The notes under the pieces were generated by a model. That model was not told the DNA's origin. It saw only the letters and a program-made list of their open reading frames with translations, and did not search any database. Below are positions 48,501 to 56,853 of a DNA stretch of 64,000 nt, one piece after another. Numbering within the stretch: position 1 is the stretch's first letter; every line of letters starts with the position of its first letter. The DNA is from a virus: IMG/VR virus record IMGVR_UViG_3300047322_000608, positions 1 to 64,000 of that record; one strand, written 5' to 3'. Made by a program: the position numbers and the translations under genes.

Positions 48501-48871
48501 CAGCGTTTATGAAAGCGATAATGATTGTTGTGTTGGCTATAGGAACCTTCCTGCTTGCGAAGCGAACTGCCCAGCTTGACACGACCACCAAGCTGCTGCG
48601 CGCGAACACAGCCATGCTGGAGAAGACGACCAAGAACCTGAACTCCTGCCTCGATGCGAGAGAGTCCGATATGGCCTTAACTCGATCTGCTCTGGACGAA
48701 GTGAAACAATGGAAAAGTCTCTACGACAGCCTGGCCACGAATGCTTTCCTTCAAGCGCAGACGAACAAGTTCATGACCGTGAAGTTGAACGGGTCCAAAG
48801 ATCTGATCTACGCTCGCATGATCGACAACGGTCAGGCAGTGGAAATCGGCCGACTGAGTGATCCCAAGTAA
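48497..48871 (+). CDS. membrane-anchored coiled-coil protein
   Basis: start MTAFMKAIMIVVLAIGTFLLA; N-terminal TM then coiled coil. Confidence 0.65.
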   Translation: MTAFMKAIMIVVLAIGTFLLAKRTAQLDTTTKLLRANTAMLEKTTKNLNSCLDARESDMALTRSALDEVKQWKSLYDSLATNAFLQAQTNKFMTVKLNGSKDLIYARMIDNGQAVEIGRLSDPK

Positions 48872-48881
48872 ACCCCACCCT

Positions 48882-49064
48882 ATGCCGAGTCCGTTCCCAA
48901 CCCCTGAACAGGTCCGCGATCTCTGCCGAAAGTTCGGCGTCACGATCAAACCCCCGCTCACCCAGGTCCAACTGAACAAAGCCGAGCACGGCAAGCAAAG
49001 CCGCCGCGGCAAAACCAAAATCAACCGTTACCTCAACCAACTGAAGCAATCCGAATCCCCATGA
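48882..49064 (+). CDS. small basic protein
   Basis: short K/R-rich ORF coupled to next gene. Confidence 0.5.
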   Translation: MPSPFPTPEQVRDLCRKFGVTIKPPLTQVQLNKAEHGKQSRRGKTKINRYLNQLKQSESP

Positions 49065-49450
49065 AAGCCATTGCCATCGCCAGCTTCCTCGTTGTCTCCG
49101 CCGCGCTCGCCGCTCCTACCAACGAGACCAAGACCAACTCTGTCGCTGCCAGCAGCATCACCAACGCGCCGGTCATCTCGCTCTTGACTGTTACGAACGA
49201 CACCGTTTTCTTTAACGGGAAAGCGATCGGCCGCGTGACAGGCGGGACTAACTTCGTTCCCGTCCCCAACATCCAAGAGCTGAGCCAGACCTACGAGAAC
49301 GGATTTAACGTAGGCGTCCGATACGGCGCCACGGCAGTCAAGCGCAACCCGGACGTGGCCGAATGGGATGTGCTAATCAGGATTTCCAAGATCATGCTGG
49401 ATGCCGACGTTCGTAAACCACAACCGCAGCCGGCCGCTCAGGCAAAATAA
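49061..49450 (+). CDS. exported protein
   Basis: signal peptide MKAIAIASFLVVSAALA; five TN dipeptides. Confidence 0.75.
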   Translation: MKAIAIASFLVVSAALAAPTNETKTNSVAASSITNAPVISLLTVTNDTVFFNGKAIGRVTGGTNFVPVPNIQELSQTYENGFNVGVRYGATAVKRNPDVAEWDVLIRISKIMLDADVRKPQPQPAAQAK

Positions 49451-49923
49451 TGAAAACCATCCTGATAACCCTGCTCCTCCTTGCCGCCACTCCGCTCCGC
49501 TCAGACAACCTGCCGCTCGCCACAAAATGGAGCGGCGGAAATCTCTGGATCTCCAGCGCCGGCGTAAACCAGTACCCCATCTGGATCGAGGAACCGTTTT
49601 CCTACCGGCTGGAAGGAATACTGACCAACTTCGTGACCAACGTTGTCTCCGTTATGGACCGGGATCCAGGCATCAAATGCCCGGTGTGCAACGGGCCGGC
49701 TCACCATTTGTGCCGAGAGACTGTTTGCGAAGTGACCCCGCGTTACACCCTGCGCATCTGCACCAGCGGCAAGGATGGAACATCCCGAACCAACGACGCG
49801 CTCTTGGCTAAGGGAGGGTCGTTCACCATCACCACGACCAACCTGGTTGATCGCACTGTGCCGCCACTGGTGCTGACGAATATTGTCATGACTCCGACCA
49901 ATTACATCATCTTGTCCAGGTAA
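49450..49923 (+). CDS. exported protein with CxxC/His cluster
   Basis: signal peptide MKTILITLLLLAATPLRS; CPVC...HHLC; six TN dipeptides. Confidence 0.75.
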   Translation: MKTILITLLLLAATPLRSDNLPLATKWSGGNLWISSAGVNQYPIWIEEPFSYRLEGILTNFVTNVVSVMDRDPGIKCPVCNGPAHHLCRETVCEVTPRYTLRICTSGKDGTSRTNDALLAKGGSFTITTTNLVDRTVPPLVLTNIVMTPTNYIILSR

Positions 49924-49930
49924 ACATTCC

Positions 49931-51028
49931 ATGTCACTCACCCTCACCGTTAGCAGCCTGAACGGACACGACTTGTCCGCGACCCGCGGCAACCCCTTCC
50001 ATCCGTTTAAGACGATCGCAGCAGCCCTGGCTCAGACCCGGGACGGAGATCGACTCGAGATCCGAGACGGGCCTTACGCCGAACAGGGATTGGTCCTGCG
50101 TTACGTTAACGGCGTAACCATTGCCGGCATTGGGCAACCCGTCATCACCGCATCAACCCGCGGGCATATTCTGCGTATCAACAGTTGCAACGACCTTTCC
50201 GTTACCGGCCTGAAGTTCAACGGCACGGGCCCGATCACCGAACCGAACGAGCTTTACTTCGCGCTCGTCGAGTTGCAGAGCGTCAACGATCGGCTCTCCT
50301 TTTCCGATTGCCAGTTCACCAACTCCGGCAATCACGGCCTGGCGCATCTCGCTGGCCCCAGGACCAGCAGCAACGTGACGGTCGATCGCTGCTCCTTCGA
50401 ACGTGGCGGCAATTACGGCCGAACCCAAAACCTGATCTGGGATGGCGCCGCTATCGCAGTCGGAGGCATCGGCATCCGCATAAGACGGACACGGATCAAG
50501 GACTGGCCCCGCGGCATAGAATTCGAGAATCCCTACGGAGATTGCACCTTTTACGTGGACAACTGCGACGTCTCCGAGTGCGCGCATGCCGGCCTCTTTA
50601 TCACTCCAACCGGACCGCAGAACAACATCTCCCGGCAACACTTTACCGGGAAGATCCTTAACTCAAGGTTCACGAACGGTAAGAAAGTCCCGGGCGGCTT
50701 CCTGGCCTCTGGCATGGTGATCTCTGGCGGCCAAGACGTGCTCCTCTCCGGCAATACCGTTTCGGATTTCCCTGACGGCTGCGGCATCGAATGCTCCGCC
50801 AAGTGGGGCCCGCTCTCCCGCTTTATCATTTCCAATAATCACGTCACCAACATCGGCCGCTCCGGCATCTTGTTCCGGCACGGCCCAGACGGAACGAAGT
50901 CTCTCGCAGACGGCCTGGTCTGCGCCAACAACATCCTCGCCAACATCTCCGGAGCACCCATAGACTTCCTGGCCTACAACATCCAGGAGTCCTGCAACCT
51001 GCTCCCTCCGCTCCAGGTCGAGTCATGA
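49931..51028 (+). CDS. right-handed parallel beta-helix protein (pectin lyase-like)
   Basis: PFKTIAAAL...DGD.LEIRDG.Y.E cap followed by repeated I..N...N...GI coils. Confidence 0.85.
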   Translation: MSLTLTVSSLNGHDLSATRGNPFHPFKTIAAALAQTRDGDRLEIRDGPYAEQGLVLRYVNGVTIAGIGQPVITASTRGHILRINSCNDLSVTGLKFNGTGPITEPNELYFALVELQSVNDRLSFSDCQFTNSGNHGLAHLAGPRTSSNVTVDRCSFERGGNYGRTQNLIWDGAAIAVGGIGIRIRRTRIKDWPRGIEFENPYGDCTFYVDNCDVSECAHAGLFITPTGPQNNISRQHFTGKILNSRFTNGKKVPGGFLASGMVISGGQDVLLSGNTVSDFPDGCGIECSAKWGPLSRFIISNNHVTNIGRSGILFRHGPDGTKSLADGLVCANNILANISGAPIDFLAYNIQESCNLLPPLQVES

Positions 51029-51288
51029 AAACCAAACGCCGCTACGACGGCCGCCATGCCATTGACGGCCTATCCAAACAACGGCGCTACCAACTCCGCA
51101 AATGCGCTAGAGGCCTCTGCCCAAAGTGCGGAGCAAAACGAACTCGCTTCGCGTTGTGCGACGACTGCCATAGCAAGGACATTGAACGCAACCGCCTCCG
51201 ACACGGCCACCAACCCTGGCGCAAAGGCCACCGCGGCAGACCACCCAAGCAGCAACTTTCCGCTCCGCGCTCTGGCCCGTCGTTGTGA
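51025..51288 (+). CDS. basic zinc-finger protein
   Basis: GLCPKCG......LCDDC; C-terminal GRPP. Confidence 0.65.
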   Translation: MKTKRRYDGRHAIDGLSKQRRYQLRKCARGLCPKCGAKRTRFALCDDCHSKDIERNRLRHGHQPWRKGHRGRPPKQQLSAPRSGPSL

Positions 51289-51356
51289 CGGTGTCCTGAG
51301 CACTCACTAGTGCAGAGGTTGCGGAGCGTGAACATCCCCCTGGCGCCATTGTTGGT

Positions 51357-51938
51357 TCATTGGCCCGGGGGGAGAACTTCCCCAGCCGCCGCGTCCAAGA
51401 GCCGCTTCATATCCGCTTCCGCAGCCTTAGCCTCCAGCTCCGCCGACTTCATTCGTTCCAAACGATCCGCTTCCTTCTCATCCCCATCCTCAATCGCCTT
51501 CTCCGCCAGACGCTCGTTCAACGATGGGCCGCCAGAACCGCCTCGCTTCGCTTTCCTGGCCTCCCTCTTCTGCCTAAACTTCTCCTGGGCTAAACGGTTC
51601 TGCTCCCTTCGGTCCTCCTCGTTCTGGATCGACTTGTAGTAAGCATAATTGACAACGCGATACGCAAACGGACCAATCTTTACAATCCTTCGACCCTCAT
51701 CACCAGGGGTCGTCGTCTTAGGATCCGGCCGACACAGATATTCGATCGCTCTCTCAATAACATCCGCCGTCGTCCCGAACGTTGCCGCGATCAAAACCGG
51801 ATTCATTTCAATGTAACCCCCGTGAACTTTGTCCGGCATCGCCTCCGATATGATGTAGGGCATGAGCGCGTAAACCTCAATTCCAGCACCGACCATCGAA
51901 CCACGGTAAAGCTTCGAAAAAATCTTGCCGTAAGTCAT
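51357..51938 (-). CDS. phage replication initiator-like protein
   Basis: YGKIF..LY.GSM.G...EMNP....IE.L..PDP......GRRI.......VVNY..Y.....EDRREQNR.AQ pattern of phage rep N-termini. Confidence 0.6.
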   Translation of the reverse strand: MTYGKIFSKLYRGSMVGAGIEVYALMPYIISEAMPDKVHGGYIEMNPVLIAATFGTTADVIERAIEYLCRPDPKTTTPGDEGRRIVKIGPFAYRVVNYAYYKSIQNEEDRREQNRLAQEKFRQKREARKAKRGGSGGPSLNERLAEKAIEDGDEKEADRLERMKSAELEAKAAEADMKRLLDAAAGEVLPPGQ

Positions 51939-51967
51939 TCCTTCTTGTCTCACGCCAAAAACACTAC

Positions 51968-52062
51968 ATCAACACAAATCTTACACGTAAGCAAAGGTAA
52001 GCCGAATCAGCATAGGAGTAATCAAAATAAGCACAGTTAGAGTAAGAGTTAGAAGAGAGAGT
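51968..52062. repeat. iteron-like heptamer array, candidate replication origin
   Basis: GTAAGCA 51987, GTAAGCC 51997, ATCAGCA 52006, GTAATCA 52018, ATAAGCA 52027 (spacing 9-12 bp), then an AG-rich tract; directly upstream of rep-like gene. Confidence 0.45.
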
Positions 52063-52816
52063 TCGTCGTCAACCTCAAACATGGCGTCATCCATTGAAAA
52101 CAGGCTGCACTACACTCACGGGTAACCGCAAACACAAGACGAATCACCATCCCAGATTTAGCCCCGGATTCCATGAAAGTTGAGAAGGGAGACCCATCAC
52201 AGCCAGCAGGACCACCCCGCCCTTCCCCGGGACACCCCCACCCAATCGGCTGCCAGGTCGATTCCAGGACTGAGCCACATTAAGCCGATAATGTCACCCG
52301 ATGCTGCTGCTGCTGGCCTTTGCGACTATCGGCGCACAGTAGGCAACGTGGCGGTTGGCTTCCGATGGCAGGTTACAGACTGCCCACAGAGAGCCCGATA
52401 GCCCTACGTCAAACCCCGATGGAATCATCAGGAATGGGAGTTGGGTGAATACACCCAAGTCAGTAGGCAAGGTATAGTCTCTCCTAACATTCTTAGGCTG
52501 ACCTAACATTTGGGCTTCCTGGATCTCGGCTTTGAGTAACCTTTTGCCCCCTTTCCTTGTAACCTTGGCTTGGGAGTAGTGTAGCCGGTCGCTCGTTTGA
52601 GCGTTTACCTGACTCGTTTGAGTCAAGCGGCGGTCCTTCCGGTGTCTCGGGTTGAACTGAGCGCAGGTGTGGGCGGCAGGGGTCGAAAGGCCTGCCATGG
52701 GATTACCACGGGGTTTGCCGTAGTTTCCGAGCGTATCGCGATAACCCGTCAAGGCGAAGCAAGGTCGAAACGGTCTTAGATACTCCAATTCCTAACGGGA
52801 TACAGTGGGAACTCAC

Positions 52817-52893
52817 AAGCTTAACGTAGCCCAGTTACTCGTTTGAGTAGCTGGTCGGTGACAAGCCCGGGGAAACAATACGGAGTCAAGCTT
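52817..52893 (+). ncRNA. twister self-cleaving ribozyme (type P1)
   Basis: P1 AAGCU/AGCUU, UAA, P2 CGUA/UACG, GC, 10-bp P3 hairpin, P4 UCGG/CCGG, L4 UGAC-AA-GC, GA-GUC(A) T1 partner; predicted cut U52822/A52823. Confidence 0.9.
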
Positions 52894-52921
52894 AACGATA
52901 GGAACAAGATACGAGGAATAT

Positions 52922-53350
52922 ATGTCAGCAACCAGTTTGATCAGTTTCGACGCAAGCGCCAACGCGGTAACGTCTTACAACGAGAAGATGAAAACCACTA
53001 CCTTGCGCTTGCTTACGGCGAAGGAGTTCAAGACGGCGCGTGGGCTCAAGGGGAACGCCGCTTCGGTGGCTTACAATGCCTACATTCGGGAGCATGGTCT
53101 GGCGAACACGGCGGGTTTGGCGGCGGCGCTCACGTCGGGTGAGTTGTTGGTTCGTTCGGCGAGGGACAGCTCGAAGTCCCTGAACGTGTCGTTTGTCAAG
53201 AAGTCTGCCATCAAGGACCCGGCCGTGAAGTCTGCCCCTGCCCCCGAAGTCACGGCTCTGGAGACTGAAGTTGCCAACCTGAAGGCTATGCTGGCTGGGC
53301 TTGGCGCGAAAGCGGAAGAGATTGCGGCGGCGCGCCCGAGCGCGGTGTAG
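52922..53350 (+). CDS. first early gene, hypothetical basic protein
   Basis: GAGG RBS and TATG start; 142 aa. Confidence 0.75.
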   Translation: MSATSLISFDASANAVTSYNEKMKTTTLRLLTAKEFKTARGLKGNAASVAYNAYIREHGLANTAGLAAALTSGELLVRSARDSSKSLNVSFVKKSAIKDPAVKSAPAPEVTALETEVANLKAMLAGLGAKAEEIAAARPSAV

Positions 53351-53459
53351 TCGGTCCGTGGCGGGTAAGTCTGGCGGCAGATTGGCAGGGTTGGAGCGTG
53401 TCTCCTGCCCTGCCGCTTCTGTTTCTAGAGTCCGTTTAACCTGGAACAAGTACGAACGT

Positions 53460-54356
53460 ATGCAAGACATGACTGCGCTGGCGGAGCAAATCCGGCAGCG
53501 TATTCTCGCGTCTCAGCCTGCCGCGGAAGTGCCTCGGAAGGCTGGGGATGCGGGAGTTGCTGCCCCTTTGGGAAGCCAGAGGCAGCATTACAAGTTCCCG
53601 TTGTTGCTGGCGGCCGTGGCAAGTGGCGTGGACGCCATTGCCCTGGTTGGTCCGGCTGGAACGGGAAAGACGACAGCGGCGCATTCGTGCGCCAAGCTGC
53701 TGGGCAGGCGCTTTGAGCCTACCAGCTTCGGTCCGACCACGTCCAAGGCTGACTTGTTCGGCTTTGTGGACGCGAACGGGGTCTATCGTGACTCCGCTTT
53801 AGTGCGAGCTGCCAGGGATGGTGGCGTGTTCCTGGGGGACGAGCTTGATGCTGGTCATCCTGGGGTTGTTACGGGCCTGAACATGGTTCTGGCCAACGGC
53901 GTGTTCGGCATTCCGACCGGGGTGCTCGAGAAGCACGCGGAGTTCGTTCCCATCTTCGGGATGAACACGTACGGGACCGGGGCGAACCGGCAATACGTGG
54001 GCAGGAACCAACTGGACGCTGCGAGCCTGGACCGGATGGCTGTGATCGAATGGGATTTGGACTGCGGGTTAGAAGCGGCCATGGTCGGGGTGAACGGGGT
54101 GCAATCGCCTGCGTTCGATCTGGGCAAGCACGGGACCATGACAGCGCCGCAGTGGTTGGCGCGGGTTTGGTCCGTCCGGAAAGCGATTGAATTGCTGGGG
54201 GTCCGGCACATCGTTAGCCCGCGGTGCTCGCAGAACGGCATCAAGCTGTTCCGGGCTGGCGTGGGCAAGGCGCACGTCCAGGAAATGGTGCTCTGGAAAG
54301 GGATGGACGCGGAGACCCGGGAACGGGTTGAAGCCAAGGTAAAGGAGATCCTGTGA
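53460..54356 (+). CDS. MoxR/CbbQ/CobS-like AAA+ ATPase
   Basis: GPAGTGKT, GGVFLGDELDAG, NTYG.G....YVGRNQLD.A.LDR. Confidence 0.9.
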   Translation: MQDMTALAEQIRQRILASQPAAEVPRKAGDAGVAAPLGSQRQHYKFPLLLAAVASGVDAIALVGPAGTGKTTAAHSCAKLLGRRFEPTSFGPTTSKADLFGFVDANGVYRDSALVRAARDGGVFLGDELDAGHPGVVTGLNMVLANGVFGIPTGVLEKHAEFVPIFGMNTYGTGANRQYVGRNQLDAASLDRMAVIEWDLDCGLEAAMVGVNGVQSPAFDLGKHGTMTAPQWLARVWSVRKAIELLGVRHIVSPRCSQNGIKLFRAGVGKAHVQEMVLWKGMDAETRERVEAKVKEIL

Positions 54357-55171
54357 GCGCCAAGACCGGGGTAACGGTTGAGCGCCGGGCCTTTACGGGA
54401 TGGCATCAATTCGTGGAACAGGTCCGCAAGCCGATGTCCTGGGACGTGGCCGGCCAGAGCACGGCGGAGCGTTCGTATAGCTGGGCTTTAGGGGCTTCCT
54501 ACGACGATGCGCTCAAGCTGGCGACTACGGGCTGGGCGGAGGGGTTCAAGGCTGTCTCCCTCAAAGCGCAGGCGATCTGCAAGGCGCACGGCGGGCTGGA
54601 CTTGAGCCCGCGCTTTGCGGAATCTGGCGACGAAGTGGACGTCGGGCTATTCCTGGCGGATGAGCCGGAGTGCATGGTCGAGTATCCGATGGAGCCCAAG
54701 CAGCGTCCGGTCGTCAAGATTGTGGTCTCCGCTTCGTTCTCGGGCGGGATTGCCGCGGAAGAGATTTACAACCGCGGTGCGGCGATTCTGGCGGCGATAG
54801 ATCTCCTGGAAGGGGCTGGGGTCCGGGTCGAGGTTGACCTGGACATGGGAACGGAGACCGGGCGCCGGCAGTTCATCCGCACGATACCGCTCAAAGCGGC
54901 CAACGACGCGCTGGACCGGGACAAGCTGGCCTTTGCGATCTGCCATCCGGCGACGTTGCGGAGGCTGATCTTCCGACTGCACGAGCAGGACGGGGTGGAT
55001 GCGTTCGAGCGGATGGGCGGGTGCCAATACGGCCATCCGATCAATCCGGCGCCGCAGGACGGGGCGATCGTGATCAACGCGCTCACCATGAGCAACGAGG
55101 GCGAGTTCCGGACGATGGAGCAAGCGCAGGCGTTCGCGGAGCGGGTCCTGGCGGAAGTAAGCGGCGATTGA
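54353..55171 (+). CDS. vWA-like partner of the MoxR ATPase
   Basis: VDVG.FL..EPECM, VKIVVS.S.S.G, RG.AI...ID.LE..G.RVE; translationally coupled to ATPase. Confidence 0.7.
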   Translation: MSAKTGVTVERRAFTGWHQFVEQVRKPMSWDVAGQSTAERSYSWALGASYDDALKLATTGWAEGFKAVSLKAQAICKAHGGLDLSPRFAESGDEVDVGLFLADEPECMVEYPMEPKQRPVVKIVVSASFSGGIAAEEIYNRGAAILAAIDLLEGAGVRVEVDLDMGTETGRRQFIRTIPLKAANDALDRDKLAFAICHPATLRRLIFRLHEQDGVDAFERMGGCQYGHPINPAPQDGAIVINALTMSNEGEFRTMEQAQAFAERVLAEVSGD

Positions 55172-55238
55172 GCGCGGGCGTCCTTCGGGACGCTCCAGCT
55201 CAGTTTCCAGTAAACCGCAACAGAACAAAGGAACAGTT

Positions 55239-55487
55239 ATGGAAAGAACACCTAAAGGTCAGTGTCTGCAGATGAAACGCGCGGCGATGGCTGCGCTCAG
55301 CGTTGGTGACGTGGCGTGCGCTCTGGATTACATGGAGTGCGCCAAAGACGTTGAGATGGCGATGGTGAAGGAGCAGAGCGAGAGCATCAAGCGAGCAAAG
55401 CGCAGGCTGGCGGATGGCGTCCTGGCTCATAACGTGGGCAGTGCGAGCATCGCGCTTAACGGCGATGGGGCATACGCACGTTCCTAG
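55239..55487 (+). CDS. hypothetical early protein
   Basis: AAAGGAACA RBS. Confidence 0.65.
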   Translation: MERTPKGQCLQMKRAAMAALSVGDVACALDYMECAKDVEMAMVKEQSESIKRAKRRLADGVLAHNVGSASIALNGDGAYARS

Positions 55488-55700
55488 CCAATCCTAGAGG
55501 CTTTCGGGAGAGAACCGAGACAAGGCACACACCAGGAGGAAATATGCGCGGGGTAAACAAAGCCCGCTAACGAAGCAACCACAGGAGCGTGGGCTGCTGG
55601 GATAAACCTGAGAGGTTCCCGGCAGCCCCCTTTCTGTTTAGCCCATTTAGGCTGCTGGCAACGTGCTGGCGGGAATGGGTTAAGGAGAAAGGAACAAGGT

Positions 55701-55907
55701 ATGAGCAAATTCACTTACTGCTATTGCCCTGGCTGTGGTCGCAACAATGTGCACGTGGACGTGGATAGGGGTGTTCTGCACGATCACCGGAACCGGGGTT
55801 ACACGGCCAAGTGCACCGGGAGCGGCCGGCCTGCGACGGAGCGCAGGGCTTACCCGTTGCCTTCGGGTGCCTTTGGGCGGCTGGTTGGCGCCATTGCTGG
55901 AGAATGA
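55701..55907 (+). CDS. small Zn-binding protein
   Basis: CPGC...H......C.GSG; AAAGGAACA RBS. Confidence 0.7.
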   Translation: MSKFTYCYCPGCGRNNVHVDVDRGVLHDHRNRGYTAKCTGSGRPATERRAYPLPSGAFGRLVGAIAGE

Positions 55908-55910
55908 CCT

Positions 55911-56189
55911 ATGCCCAACGATACCCAAGAACAGGTCCAGGACGTTCCGGATTGGATTAGGGCAGGCGATCTTCCGAATCTGGATCTTTTCGTTACGCCA
56001 GACGATCTGGACTCCATGCAGGCCGACATACGCAAGGTAGAGCAGGGGCTGGCCTTGATGCGGCAGTATGCGGAGGCAAAGGCCAACGCGATGCGCTGCA
56101 GGCTTAACGGCGCCATTCCGTTGGCGGTCAGGTTCGAGGCGGCCTGCGATCACGTTTACATGCAGATGCCCGAGTGGGCTCGGTGGTAA
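55911..56189 (+). CDS. hypothetical early protein
   Basis: YA..KA.AM..R..G.I..A...E..CD..Y..MP.WARW. Confidence 0.7.
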   Translation: MPNDTQEQVQDVPDWIRAGDLPNLDLFVTPDDLDSMQADIRKVEQGLALMRQYAEAKANAMRCRLNGAIPLAVRFEAACDHVYMQMPEWARW

Positions 56190-56359
56190 GGCGGTAGAGC
56201 AACGGAGCAATTTTGCGCGTGCATGGTGGGGTCTCAAAACCTCATGCCTCTGGACTCCAAACCCGGAGGACAACATGCACAGCGCCATTGCTTCGCTTTC
56301 TGCCTCCCAATTGGGAAGGTGGTAATCGGAATCGGTAGAACAAAGGAACAAGTACGAGT

Positions 56360-56647
56360 ATGGCAAAATCATTAGGGTATGCGGGCGCAGTGCGCTCGGC
56401 CTATGAGCAGGTATTCACGTTAGCGAGCATCTTCAACTGCACGCTCAACGGCAAAGACGCGGCCTTGGACGTGAGTCCCAGATCCGGGCTGGCGATCGTG
56501 AAGGCGAAAGACGGCTCGGATTCGAGCTGCTTCAATTGGTCCGTGGTAACGCGGGTCATGAAGGAGCACGGCGGCCGGTTCGTCACCCGCGACAACCAGG
56601 CGCCGGTCAAGCGATGGGCCGCTAACCCCTTGCTGGCACTGGTATGA
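56360..56647 (+). CDS. hypothetical early protein
   Basis: AAAGGAACA RBS. Confidence 0.7.
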   Translation: MAKSLGYAGAVRSAYEQVFTLASIFNCTLNGKDAALDVSPRSGLAIVKAKDGSDSSCFNWSVVTRVMKEHGGRFVTRDNQAPVKRWAANPLLALV

Positions 56648-56853
56648 ACCCTCCCTTGATTCTCGAGGTCCAGCATGTTCGGTTCGGGCTCGGTCTGCGA
56701 ACGCAACGCTGGAGCAAAACGCGCCACGTCATCTTGAACGTGGGCACAGTGGAAGCTCGAGTGATCGTGCCGAACGAGCGCACGGGTGGCGGTTTGTTCG
56801 TCCTGGGCCTGCTCTTGTCTGGCGTGGTCGCTGGGCTGAAAGGGACGCCATGA
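56644..56853 (+). CDS. small protein with C-terminal hydrophobic segment
   Basis: ATGA-coupled at both ends. Confidence 0.55.
   Translation: MNPPLILEVQHVRFGLGLRTQRWSKTRHVILNVGTVEARVIVPNERTGGGLFVLGLLLSGVVAGLKGTP

Noticed and set aside
52415-52440. Minus-strand CTGATGA as a second hammerhead
   Set aside because: No properly placed GAAA or stems.
52294-52788. 164-aa minus-strand ORF in the origin/leader region
   Set aside because: No family motif or RBS; the region is better explained by plus-strand RNA structure.
55499-55577. HDV-like ribozyme (GCGGG/CCCGC-UAA)
   Set aside because: Could not build the P1/P3/P1.1 nested pseudoknot.
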